This document shows positions 1 through 8,564 of a stretch of 64,000 nucleotides of DNA, in pieces. Every line of letters begins with the position of its first letter. Position 1 is the stretch's first letter. A program made the translations under genes and the position numbers. The notes under the pieces were generated by a model. The model was not told the origin of the DNA. It did no database searches and saw nothing but the letters and a program-made list of their open reading frames with translations. This DNA is from Acidimicrobiia bacterium (GTDB taxonomy: Bacteria; Actinomycetota; Acidimicrobiia; Spongiisociales; ZC4RG35): NCBI GenBank assembly GCA_035762545.1, contig DASTOM010000024.1, positions 1,007 to 65,006 of the forward strand, in the 5' to 3' direction.

Positions 1-810
1 AGGGCCTCGTCAGGGCGGCGACGCTCCAGGGCCGGCGTGATCCTGGTGAGACGGGTTCCAAAGCAGAACACCTCGACCCGGGTGCTGGCCCGCCGCGCCG
101 AGTGAGCGAACTGGAGCAGGTGCCGGGAGTACTCGGCCATCGACCCTGACACGTCGAGGATGAGCACCAGTGGTCGCGCCTTCCGCTTCCTCTGGCGCCA
201 GAACAGCTCCGAGGGCTCACCGTGCTGTCGCATCGTCGCCCGGACGGTACGACGCAGATCGGGGCGGTCGACTGTGTGGGACGGACGGGTCCTCCTGGTC
301 CGGCGTCGGGGAGGGATGAGGCTCATGCGCTTGATGATGCGACGTAATGCAGCCATCTCCTCGTCGGTGCACATCGGAAAGGATTTGTGGCGCCACAGCT
401 CGATGTCCGACGCATTGAGCCCCAGCCTGGCCTCTTCCTCGTCGTGTCCCGGCATCCCCGGTTCGGTTGCCGGGATCTCGATCACGGTGTCGTTCTCGAT
501 CTGGGACCGCTCCCAGGTCTTGCGCACCCGCTCGGGAACCCGCGGGTCGTAGCCGAGGAAGAACCGGCGAAATACCCGGTCGTAGATCCGGATCTGGTCC
601 CGCTTGGTGATCAGCGTGGTCCTGCCGGCCCAATAGAGATCCAGCAGGTCACCCGGGTTGAGGGCGGCCATCGCAGCCGAATAGGTCAGCAGCTCCCCGG
701 AGCCGAGGGGCAGGCCTTCGGCCCGAAGCTCGCCACAGAACTCGACGAGCATCTCGACGAAGGCGCCGGCACCGGGGATGTCGGCGGCGGTCGGCCCATC
801 ATCGGGCATC
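1..810 (-). CDS. VWA domain-containing CoxE-like protein (3' end runs off the window)
   Basis: Absent from the ORF track because there is no stop inside the window. Reverse-strand ATG at 810 reads MPDDGPTAADIPGAGAFVEMLVEFCGELRAEGLPLG... through ...KARPLVLILDVSGSMAEYSRHLLQFAHSARR (VWA DxSGS metal-site motif). The start overlaps the stop of the upstream MoxR gene. The track ORF 217..633(-) is a wrong-frame shadow. Confidence 0.8.
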
Positions 811-1692
811 GGGCACGAGCTCCTCGAGATGGTCGAGGACGGACTCGAGGTCGTCACGCTCCTTGACCACCGCACCGAGGGTGTCCCGGACTGTCGCCCG
901 ATCGAGATCCGTCGCTCCGATCACGTCCAGGGTCGCCACCCAGTCCAGGGTCTCGGCGACGCCGGGGGGCTTGTCGAGGTCGAGGCCACGAAGGCGATTG
1001 ACCGCGTCCACGACCTTTCGGGCGATTGTCTCCGTTGCCTCCCGGTTACGGGCGAGGACGATCTCGACTTCCCGGTCCGGCTCCGGGTACGCAACCCAGT
1101 GGTATAGACACCGTCGTTTGAGGGCGTCGTGTAGCTCCCGGGTGCGATTCGAGGTGAGGATGACCAGCGGTCTGGTGTCGGCGACGATCGTCCCGATCTC
1201 GGGGATCGTCACCTGGAAGTCGGAGAGCAGCTCGAGGAGGAACGCCTCGAACTCGTCATCGGCACGGTCGATCTCATCGATCAACAGCACTGCCCGGTCA
1301 CCGGCCCGCACCGCGGTCAGGAGTGGCCGTTCCAGGAGGAACTTGGGGCCGAAGAGCTGGTCGACCTGGTCGTCGGTAGCCAGCTGCTGTTCGGAGAGGG
1401 CCCGGATCTGGAGCATCTGCCGTGCGTAGTCCCACTCGTAGAGGGCCTGATTGGTGTCGATGCCCTCGTAGCACTGGAGACGAATCAGGTCTCGACCGAA
1501 CACCTGGGCCAGAGCCTTGGCCAACTCGGTCTTACCCACTCCCACCTCGCCTTCGAGGAGGAGGGGGCGACCCAGGGTCATCGCCACGTACACGGCGGTC
1601 GCCAACCCCCGATCAGCGAGGTACCCGCTACCGGCGAGTCGATCGGTGAGTTCGGCGACACCCGCCGGAGCCGAGTCTGCTGGGTCGCTCAG
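799..1692 (-). CDS. MoxR/CoxD-like AAA+ ATPase
   Basis: Walker A LLLEGEVGVGKT, Walker B VLLIDEIDRA, RRCLYHWVAYPEP. The track ORF starts at TTG 1605, only 13 aa before the P-loop. The in-frame upstream sequence LSDPADSAPAGVAELTDRLAGSGYLADRG looks like the normal MoxR N-terminus, so the start is probably CTG 1692. That gives 297 aa, and GAGGA lies about 9 nt upstream. Confidence 0.85.
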   Translation of the reverse strand: MSDPADSAPAGVAELTDRLAGSGYLADRGLATAVYVAMTLGRPLLLEGEVGVGKTELAKALAQVFGRDLIRLQCYEGIDTNQALYEWDYARQMLQIRALSEQQLATDDQVDQLFGPKFLLERPLLTAVRAGDRAVLLIDEIDRADDEFEAFLLELLSDFQVTIPEIGTIVADTRPLVILTSNRTRELHDALKRRCLYHWVAYPEPDREVEIVLARNREATETIARKVVDAVNRLRGLDLDKPPGVAETLDWVATLDVIGATDLDRATVRDTLGAVVKERDDLESVLDHLEELVPDAR

Positions 1693-1944
1693 CTAGGCGT
1701 CCTCACCGAGTACGAGATCGCGTATCGACCCGCCCGAATCGACGAGTTTGCCTTCACGAGCGAGTTGCGCCTTCCATGCCGCGCCGATGTCGGTGCCCTC
1801 CTCGGCGTAGCCGTCGAAGCTGACGCCCTTCATGTTGCGACAGGGTTTGGTCGGGCTGCAGTCCTCGTCGAGATCGAAATGATCGTGGTTCACCATCCAG
1901 ACGGACTGGAGCACATCGCCTGAGGTCTCGTCTCGCGCAGTCAT
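1693..1944 (-). CDS. small hypothetical protein (83 aa) in the cox-accessory operon
   Basis: Internal ATG at 1944 preceded by GGGAGG 7 nt upstream. MTARDETSGDVLQSVWMVNHDHFDLDEDCSPTKPC... The longer track ORF start (2064) overlaps the upstream xdhC-like gene. No family recognised. Confidence 0.55.
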   Translation of the reverse strand: MTARDETSGDVLQSVWMVNHDHFDLDEDCSPTKPCRNMKGVSFDGYAEEGTDIGAAWKAQLAREGKLVDSGGSIRDLVLGEDA

Positions 1945-1996
1945 GTGGGTCCTCCCTGGATGTCTCGGTGCAGACTCATTGTAATGGCGCTGGCGA

Positions 1997-2899
1997 TCAG
2001 GCCCTAGAGGCGGCGATCGCCTCGGCGACGATGGCGACGGCCACCTCGCCAGGACTGTCGGCACCGATGTCGAGACCGGCGGGGCCGTGAACTCGCTCCA
2101 GGTCGGTGACTCCTCGATAGGCGAGCCAGTCGGCGCGATCGGCCTGCATCTTCCTGCTGCCTACCGACCCTATGTAGCCACAGCTGCCTTGGAGGGCGGC
2201 CTGAAGCCCTGCGCCGGCCAGTTCGAGGTCATGGGCGGCGACCACCACCTTGTCCTGACCGGAGAGGGGTGCGATCAACCCCGAGGCGGTGTCCCGACTG
2301 GCAGTCACCTCGGCGCTCCAGCCCACCAGGGGGGCCAACGAGACCAGTGCGTCGACAATGGGCCCGGCGCCGACGATCACGAGTCGAGGGACCGCATCGA
2401 AGACCGAGACCACACGGGTGTCGGTCATGAGCGACCCCGATGGATGGTGGTCGAAGAACTCCCGGGCTTCATCGTCGACATCTCCGACGTTCCTCGCATC
2501 GAAGACTCGCGACCCGACGATCTCACCTCCCTCGAGATCGACGACGAGGGCAAACCGATCCCGTTCCGTGGCCTTGGCCCAGAGCTCCGCCGGCAGGGTC
2601 TCCGCAGGTGCCATCAGCACCTGGGCCCACCCGGCACCGGGAAGCTCTGCGATCAGTGCGTCGGTCTGCGTGACCTCGAGATCCACGAGTCTCCCGGTGC
2701 TCATGCGCCCGGCGAGCTCGCTCAACTTCCCGTCGAGGGCGCCACCGAGGAGCGAACCGATCTTCCCGCCACCCGGCGTGAACACGACCGCCTCCGACCA
2801 ATCCTCGACCGGTAGACCCTCCGAGCCGACGAGCCATGCCACATCGGCCCTGGTTCCGGCTTGCAGACACGCTGAGACCGTGATGGCGATGTCGTACAC
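1997..2899 (-). CDS. XdhC/CoxF-family molybdenum-cofactor insertion accessory protein
   Basis: [25 protein letters not shown]-domain and [15 protein letters not shown]...[10 protein letters not shown]...[19 protein letters not shown] Rossmann-like C-domain. Start ambiguous: GTG 2899 is preferred; ATG 2941 would overlap the divergent gene. Confidence 0.8.
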   Translation of the reverse strand: MYDIAITVSACLQAGTRADVAWLVGSEGLPVEDWSEAVVFTPGGGKIGSLLGGALDGKLSELAGRMSTGRLVDLEVTQTDALIAELPGAGWAQVLMAPAETLPAELWAKATERDRFALVVDLEGGEIVGSRVFDARNVGDVDDEAREFFDHHPSGSLMTDTRVVSVFDAVPRLVIVGAGPIVDALVSLAPLVGWSAEVTASRDTASGLIAPLSGQDKVVVAAHDLELAGAGLQAALQGSCGYIGSVGSRKMQADRADWLAYRGVTDLERVHGPAGLDIGADSPGEVAVAIVAEAIAASRA

Positions 2900-2934
2900 G
2901 GCGCAGACTCTAAGGCTGAACGTGGCTAGCGTGA

Positions 2935-3248
2935 TGGGCATGAGAAGCCAGCTCGCCCTTCGCAACAAATGGAAGGAAGAGGGCAAAGACGTCGCGGTGG
3001 CCACGGTGATCAGAGTCCACGGCAGCGCCCCCCGACCTGAGGGCTCCAAGTTCCTGGTCTCCTCGGCCGGCGACATGGAGGGATCGGTGAGTGGAGGTTG
3101 TGTCGAAAACGACGTCTACCTTCACGCCCGGGAGGTGATCGAGACCGGCAAGCCGAAGACCGTCACCTACGGAATCGCCGACGAGGACGCATTCGAAGTC
3201 GGGATGTCATGCGGCGGGACCATCGACGTCTTCATCGAGCCCTGGTAG
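2935..3248 (+). CDS. XdhC_CoxI N-terminal-domain protein (stand-alone, 104 aa)
   Basis: Tail of track ORF 2289..3248: [61 protein letters not shown]...[12 protein letters not shown]. This is a complete XdhC N-domain with the GGC motif, ending at TAG 3246-3248. Confidence 0.7.
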
Positions 3249-3252
3249 GGAC

Positions 3253-4026
3253 GTGACCGACGTCAACGAGGCGATCCAGTCTCTGCTCGACGCAGAGGTC
3301 TTCGGGTCGGTCGTCACGTTCACCGAAGGTCCCAACACCGGTGACAAGGCGGTCCTCAATGCCGACGGCGAAGTTCTCGCAGGAGCGCTGCCGGACGATG
3401 CGGCAGGTGACATCACCGAGGACGCCATCACCCTCATGGGCCACGAACAGCATCGGAGCCTCGACTACGGCTCCCACTCCGTCTTCATCGAGACCCTGGC
3501 ACCACCGCCGGACCTCCTGATATTCGGTGCGGTTCACATCGGTCAGGCTCTGGCGGCGTTCGGGTCCCAGATGGGCTACCGCGTGACGGTCGTCGACTCC
3601 AGGGCACCTTTCGTGACCGAGGACCGGTTTCCGACCGCCGACAAGCTCCTCGTGGGTTGGCCCCGTGACCTCATGGACCAACTCACCTTCGATCGCCGCA
3701 CCTGGGTGGTGGTCCTCTCCCACGATCCCCGTCACGAGACACCACCTCTGGAGGCGGCGCTGAAAGCAGACACCCGTTACATCGGGGCGATGGGCAGCAG
3801 ACGCACCCACGACCTCCGGGTGGAGCGACTCACCGCGCTCGGATTCGGAGACGACGAGATCGCCCGAATCCACTCCCCGGTCGGTCTCGACATAGGCGCT
3901 GAAACGCCCCAGGAGGTCGCCGTGTCGATCCTGGCCGAGATGACGATGGTCCGCTACGGCGCGGGCAGCGGGATCTCCCTCAAAGGTGTGGACGGTCGCG
4001 TCCACAAGCAGCGAGGCGACACCTAA
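3253..4026 (+). CDS. XdhC-family protein, Rossmann-like C-domain with a degenerate N-domain
   Basis: PPPDLLIFGAVHIGQAL...RYIGAMGSRRTH...IHSPVGLDIGAETPQEVAVSILAEM. GTG start 7 nt after the previous stop, in a different frame. Confidence 0.8.
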   Translation: MTDVNEAIQSLLDAEVFGSVVTFTEGPNTGDKAVLNADGEVLAGALPDDAAGDITEDAITLMGHEQHRSLDYGSHSVFIETLAPPPDLLIFGAVHIGQALAAFGSQMGYRVTVVDSRAPFVTEDRFPTADKLLVGWPRDLMDQLTFDRRTWVVVLSHDPRHETPPLEAALKADTRYIGAMGSRRTHDLRVERLTALGFGDDEIARIHSPVGLDIGAETPQEVAVSILAEMTMVRYGAGSGISLKGVDGRVHKQRGDT

Positions 4027-4089
4027 ACCTCTGCCGCGACAAGGGGGGAGCTCTTCAGAAGCCGCCTCCCAACCCCTACCCTGCGTGCC

Positions 4090-6654
4090 ATGCTCCTGGA
4101 GCGGGACGGACTACTCGCCGAACTCGGTCGGCACCTCGCTGAAGCCGGGAAGGGGAACGGCTCGATGGTGCTCATCGCCGGTGAGGCCGGTGCCGGCAAG
4201 ACCAGCCTGGTGAAGGCGTTCGCGGCCTCATTGGACGACCGAACACTGGTGGTCCAGGGCGCCTGCGACCCGCTGACCACACCCCGACCCCTCGGTCCGC
4301 TGCACGACTTCGCCGCTGACCCAGACTCCGGACTGGCGGACATCGCTACCGACGACATGAGCCCATTCGAGATGTTCGAGATGGTGCTCGAACGCCTGAG
4401 GCACTCGATTCGCCCCATAGTCATGATCATCGAAGACATCCATTGGGCCGACGGCGCGACGCTCGACTTTCTTCGCTTCGTGGGCCGGCGTGCGGTCGAC
4501 ACGAATGCGGTCATCTTGTGCACCTACCGGGATGATGAGGTCGGGCCCGACCACCCCCTGCGACCCGTCCTCGGCCAGTTGATCCCCCTCGGATCCACGT
4601 ATCGAATCTCTGTTCCGGCCCTCACCGTCGATGCAGTGCGTCAGCTTGCCGGCGAACGCAGCGTCGATCCGGCCGAGTTGTTCCGCTTGACGGACGGGAA
4701 CGCCTTCTTCGTCACCGAGGTTCTTGCCAGCGGAGAGTCTCTCCCGGCCACGGTCCAGGAAGCGGTCGTCGCCCGGGTCGCGCGATTGGACGAGGCCCCG
4801 CGGCGAGTGGTGGAGGCAGTTTCGACCGCGCCTCGCTCTCTCGAAGTGGACCATGCCCTGGCGCTTGTCGGCGGGTCTCATGCCGACGTCGATGCTGCGC
4901 TCGCGGCCGGCGTCCTCATCGGTGACGGCCACACCCTGCGCTTTCGTCATGAACTAGCCCGGTCGGCGGTGGAGTACTCCATGCCGCCGGCGCGACGTCT
5001 CAGCATGCATCGCCGGATGCTCGGGCTCCTCGCCGAGGATCAGGGCCCGGACCTGGCACGTTTGGCCCACCACGCGGTTCAGGCGAACGACGTCGAACTG
5101 ATCCTCGAATACGCACCTCTCGCTGCAGAGCAGGCGGCGAAACAGGGGGCGCACCGCCAAGCCATCGCCTTCTACGAGGCGGTAATCGACCGGGAGGAGC
5201 TTCAGGAACCCGGAGTGGTGGCCGACCTGAGGGTCGCCCTTGCGACAGAGCATTTGATCGTCGATCAAACCGACGTTGCCTTGGCCGTGATCGAACCGGC
5301 CATCAGCCATCTGTCCGCCCAGAATCGATCTCGGGAACTGGGCCTCGCCCTGATCACGCAGTCGGCAGCATTGTGGCGCCTCAATCGAACAGAAGAAGGC
5401 GACCGGGCGCTCGCGGAGGCAGCCACTCTGCTCGAGCGCAAGGGACCCAAAGACGTCTTGGCCCGAGTCCTCTACCGCCAGGCCTACAACAAGATGTTGG
5501 CCAGGCGGGGTACCGAGGGCAGAGCCCGCCTCGCTGCCGCATATCAGGCCGTGGAGGGAAGTCCTCCTCCTGATCTGGCATGGTCGATGTCAATGGTGGA
5601 CGGCTGTCTCGACGTGGTCGTCGGTGACGCCGCCACCGGTATCGAGAAACTGATCCAAAGCGAACGAACTGCCAGCTCGCCCAATCAGACCGCCCTCGCA
5701 CAATCCATGGCCGGCTCTGGCGGCGGCGAAGCTCGACTCTATGAAGCCGCCCTGGCCGCCCTCGATCGGTCAGTCGAGTTTGGCCTTCGTCACGACGAGG
5801 ACTACTCGGTGGCCTACAGCCGTTCGTGGCAGGCGCGGATCGCCCACGAGCAGGGCCGGTGGGACGAGGCAGTCGGCTACGCCGAGATGGTCGGGAATAC
5901 GGTACGTCACGACCAGGGCATCGCGTATCTCACGGCGATGAGTGCCCTGGGCCGGGTGCGGGTCCGTCGTGGCGACCCGGCAGGTATCCAGCTCCTGGAG
6001 GAGATGGTCGAAATCGGTCGGCCTCACGAGCTGCAGCACGTGTGGAACGCCATTTGCGGACGGGCAGAGCACTTCTGGCTCACTCAGAGATCCGAGCGCG
6101 GTCTCGCGCTGCTCGCCGAGGCCTACGAGAGAGCACTGGGCACCGAGAGTGCATGGGCCCGAGGTGAGATCGGGTTCTGGATGTGGCGCACTGGCCAAAT
6201 CGACGGCCCACCTGCCGGCGCCGCCGAGCCCTTCGCATCGCAGATGGCAGGCGACTGGCAACGGGCAGCAGATCTCTGGCGTGAGATCGGGTGTCCCTAT
6301 GAGGTTGCCCTGGCCCTGACCGATGGTGACACCGACTCGATGCTGGAGGCCCTGCGGATCTTCGACGAGCTCGGCGCCAGACCGATGTCCGATCGGGTGA
6401 AGCGGCAACTGCGTGAGAAAGGGGTCGACTCGATCCCGAGGGGCCCCAGCCAGGCCACGCGCTCCAACCCCGCCGGGCTCACCAACCGCCAACTCGAGGT
6501 GCTCGCGCTCATGACAGAAGGGCTGAGCAACGGGGAGATCGCCAACCGCCTGTTCCTTTCGAAAAAGACGGTCGAACACCATGTGTCAGCGATCTACTCC
6601 AAGCTGGGTGTCACGACTCGGGCCAGAGCGATCGCGGCAGCCTCAGACTTCTAG
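4090..6654 (+). CDS. LuxR-family transcriptional regulator with N-terminal AAA ATPase domain (LAL type)
   Basis: 854 aa. P-loop [10 protein letters not shown] near the N-terminus. C-terminal [48 protein letters not shown]. Confidence 0.9.
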   Translation: MLLERDGLLAELGRHLAEAGKGNGSMVLIAGEAGAGKTSLVKAFAASLDDRTLVVQGACDPLTTPRPLGPLHDFAADPDSGLADIATDDMSPFEMFEMVLERLRHSIRPIVMIIEDIHWADGATLDFLRFVGRRAVDTNAVILCTYRDDEVGPDHPLRPVLGQLIPLGSTYRISVPALTVDAVRQLAGERSVDPAELFRLTDGNAFFVTEVLASGESLPATVQEAVVARVARLDEAPRRVVEAVSTAPRSLEVDHALALVGGSHADVDAALAAGVLIGDGHTLRFRHELARSAVEYSMPPARRLSMHRRMLGLLAEDQGPDLARLAHHAVQANDVELILEYAPLAAEQAAKQGAHRQAIAFYEAVIDREELQEPGVVADLRVALATEHLIVDQTDVALAVIEPAISHLSAQNRSRELGLALITQSAALWRLNRTEEGDRALAEAATLLERKGPKDVLARVLYRQAYNKMLARRGTEGRARLAAAYQAVEGSPPPDLAWSMSMVDGCLDVVVGDAATGIEKLIQSERTASSPNQTALAQSMAGSGGGEARLYEAALAALDRSVEFGLRHDEDYSVAYSRSWQARIAHEQGRWDEAVGYAEMVGNTVRHDQGIAYLTAMSALGRVRVRRGDPAGIQLLEEMVEIGRPHELQHVWNAICGRAEHFWLTQRSERGLALLAEAYERALGTESAWARGEIGFWMWRTGQIDGPPAGAAEPFASQMAGDWQRAADLWREIGCPYEVALALTDGDTDSMLEALRIFDELGARPMSDRVKRQLREKGVDSIPRGPSQATRSNPAGLTNRQLEVLALMTEGLSNGEIANRLFLSKKTVEHHVSAIYSKLGVTTRARAIAAASDF

Positions 6655-6761
6655 GGGTCGGCGGTCTCCGAAATAAGGGAGGCGCCCGATGACTCTTCGA
6701 GTGCCGACCCATACCTTCGCAGTCGTACCGGAAGTGCCGGTCGAGCAAAGGAGAGATTGAG

Positions 6762-7046
6762 ATGCCCCGCTACATGGTCGAGAGGACATTCCCCACCGGG
6801 TTGGAGATTCCGAGCACGGTCGATGGCTTGAAGGCCTGTCTCGGTGTGGTCGACAACAACGCCTCGGAGCAGGTCACCTGGGTCCAGTCGTTCGTCACGG
6901 ACGACCACCAGAAGACCTTCTGCGTGTACGACGGGCCATCGCCAGAGGCGATCCGTCGGGCCGCCGGGCTCAACAGCCTCCCCATCGACAAGATCTCGGA
7001 GATAAGCGTCCTCGACCCATATTTCTATGTGGGCGCGGCCAACTGA
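6762..7046 (+). CDS. DUF4242-like small protein
   Basis: MPRYMVERTFPTGLEIP...QKTFCVYDGPSPEAIRRAA matches my recollection of the DUF4242 family. AAGGAG RBS upstream. Confidence 0.7.
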   Translation: MPRYMVERTFPTGLEIPSTVDGLKACLGVVDNNASEQVTWVQSFVTDDHQKTFCVYDGPSPEAIRRAAGLNSLPIDKISEISVLDPYFYVGAAN

Positions 7047-7145
7047 GCCGAGGTGGGCGGATAGACAGGGAAAGCGAGAAGGTCAGGCGGCCGCCTGGCC
7101 TTCTCGCATGCGGAACCGAGCGCGTCGTCAGGTCGTTGACTATCA

Positions 7146-8546
7146 ATGCCGAAGCGGGTCGCGACTTCTCAGGGTGCCAGCATCCGGTCCCTGCTCCTCC
7201 CCGGCTGGGGGCAGATGGCGACGACCCACCCGATAGTCGGCCGACTCCTCGTACTGGTCACGGGTCTCGCGTTCATCGCACTGCTGACCGCCTTCTTGTT
7301 CCTGGGCCCGATGGAGATGCTGGCCTGGCTGGCGAATCCGGACGTGCTCTTCTACCTGGTGGTCGCCAACGTCCTGTACCTGCTGATGCGATTCGTCAGC
7401 GCCGGCTTCGCCTACCGGGAGGGAGCCCGGTCCCGGAAGTGGATCCTGGTGCCACTCGTCGCCGTCATCGTCACGATTCCGCATATCGCGGTGGCGTGGG
7501 TGGGCTGGGAAACGAGGGACGCGATCCTCACCGTGTTCGCCGCCCCCGAGGAGCCGATCCCGACAACCACCACCACGAGTTCGACCACAACGACCACCAC
7601 CACCATCATCGAGCTCTCGCCAATCGGGACGATCCCCGGCCAGAACGACGCTGAGGTCGAGAACCTGAAGGTCACTCAGGGTTGGAGACCGTTCGGTGAG
7701 GATCGGCTGAACATCCTCCTCCTCGGCGGGGACGCCGGCCCGGGGCGCAATGGCCTGCGCACGGACACGATGATCGTCGCCTCGATCGACCCCGTCAGTG
7801 GTGACGCTGCCCTCATCGGCCTCCCCCGCAACTACGGCGGGATCACTCTCACGGACGGCACCCCGATCCCCGTCACCCAACTGGGCCATGTGTACGGCTG
7901 GGGCCGACGGAACGAAGTCAGGTTCGGAGGGGTGGATCCGGGAGCGGAGGCAGTCAAGGACGCTCTCACCCATATCACCGGACTGGCCATCGACCATTAC
8001 GTCCTCGTCGACCTGACCGGGTTCGCGGAGGTCGTAGATGCTTTCGGTGGTGTGAGCCTCGACGTCCCCGAGCCCGTTGACGGTCCGTTGTATGACGTGA
8101 GAACAGGCGGATACCAGATGGTGGTCATCCCCGCGGGGCGTCAGCACCTCGACGGCGCACACGCCCTCGCCTATTCGAGGGCGCGGTACGGGTCTTCGGA
8201 CTACGCACGGATGGGCAGGCAAAGGTGTGTTCTCGCCTCGATGGCGGCACAGGCCGACCTGCTCACACTGTTCGGGAGATTGGGGACGATCCTGGACGTG
8301 GCGGCGGCCAACCTCACCACCGACATGCCGTCCGAGATGATCCCTGACCTGATCCGACTGACTCCGCGAGTCAGCGCGTCGACGACTCGGCTGATCGGCT
8401 TCGACGGGGCGTGGGCCAAGGGATTCACGTCCACCGGACGCGCCATTCCTGACATCGACCGCATCCGGGAGGCGGTCAGGACGACGATCGAAGACCCCGA
8501 CGCCGCCGGATCGGTTGGCGCCGCGACGGCCGAAGCAGGCTGCTGA
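7146..8546 (+). CDS. LCP (LytR-CpsA-Psr) family cell-envelope phosphotransferase
   Basis: N-terminal TM segments, a Thr/Ser-rich linker, then LNILLLGGDAGPGRNGLRTDTMIVASIDP...HALAYSRARYGSSDYARMGRQ. Confidence 0.85.
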   Translation: MPKRVATSQGASIRSLLLPGWGQMATTHPIVGRLLVLVTGLAFIALLTAFLFLGPMEMLAWLANPDVLFYLVVANVLYLLMRFVSAGFAYREGARSRKWILVPLVAVIVTIPHIAVAWVGWETRDAILTVFAAPEEPIPTTTTTSSTTTTTTTIIELSPIGTIPGQNDAEVENLKVTQGWRPFGEDRLNILLLGGDAGPGRNGLRTDTMIVASIDPVSGDAALIGLPRNYGGITLTDGTPIPVTQLGHVYGWGRRNEVRFGGVDPGAEAVKDALTHITGLAIDHYVLVDLTGFAEVVDAFGGVSLDVPEPVDGPLYDVRTGGYQMVVIPAGRQHLDGAHALAYSRARYGSSDYARMGRQRCVLASMAAQADLLTLFGRLGTILDVAAANLTTDMPSEMIPDLIRLTPRVSASTTRLIGFDGAWAKGFTSTGRAIPDIDRIREAVRTTIEDPDAAGSVGAATAEAGC

Positions 8547-8564
8547 GCACCTAACGTCGGGGCT

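Noticed and set aside
217-633. 138-aa minus-strand track ORF at the window start.
   Set aside because: It is the wrong frame. The real gene here is the VWA/CoxE-like CDS, which lacks a stop inside the window.
7558-7612. ACC/ACG-rich low-complexity DNA repeat.
   Set aside because: It encodes the Thr/Ser-rich extracellular linker (PTTTTTSSTTTTTTT) of the LCP protein and is not an independent repeat element.
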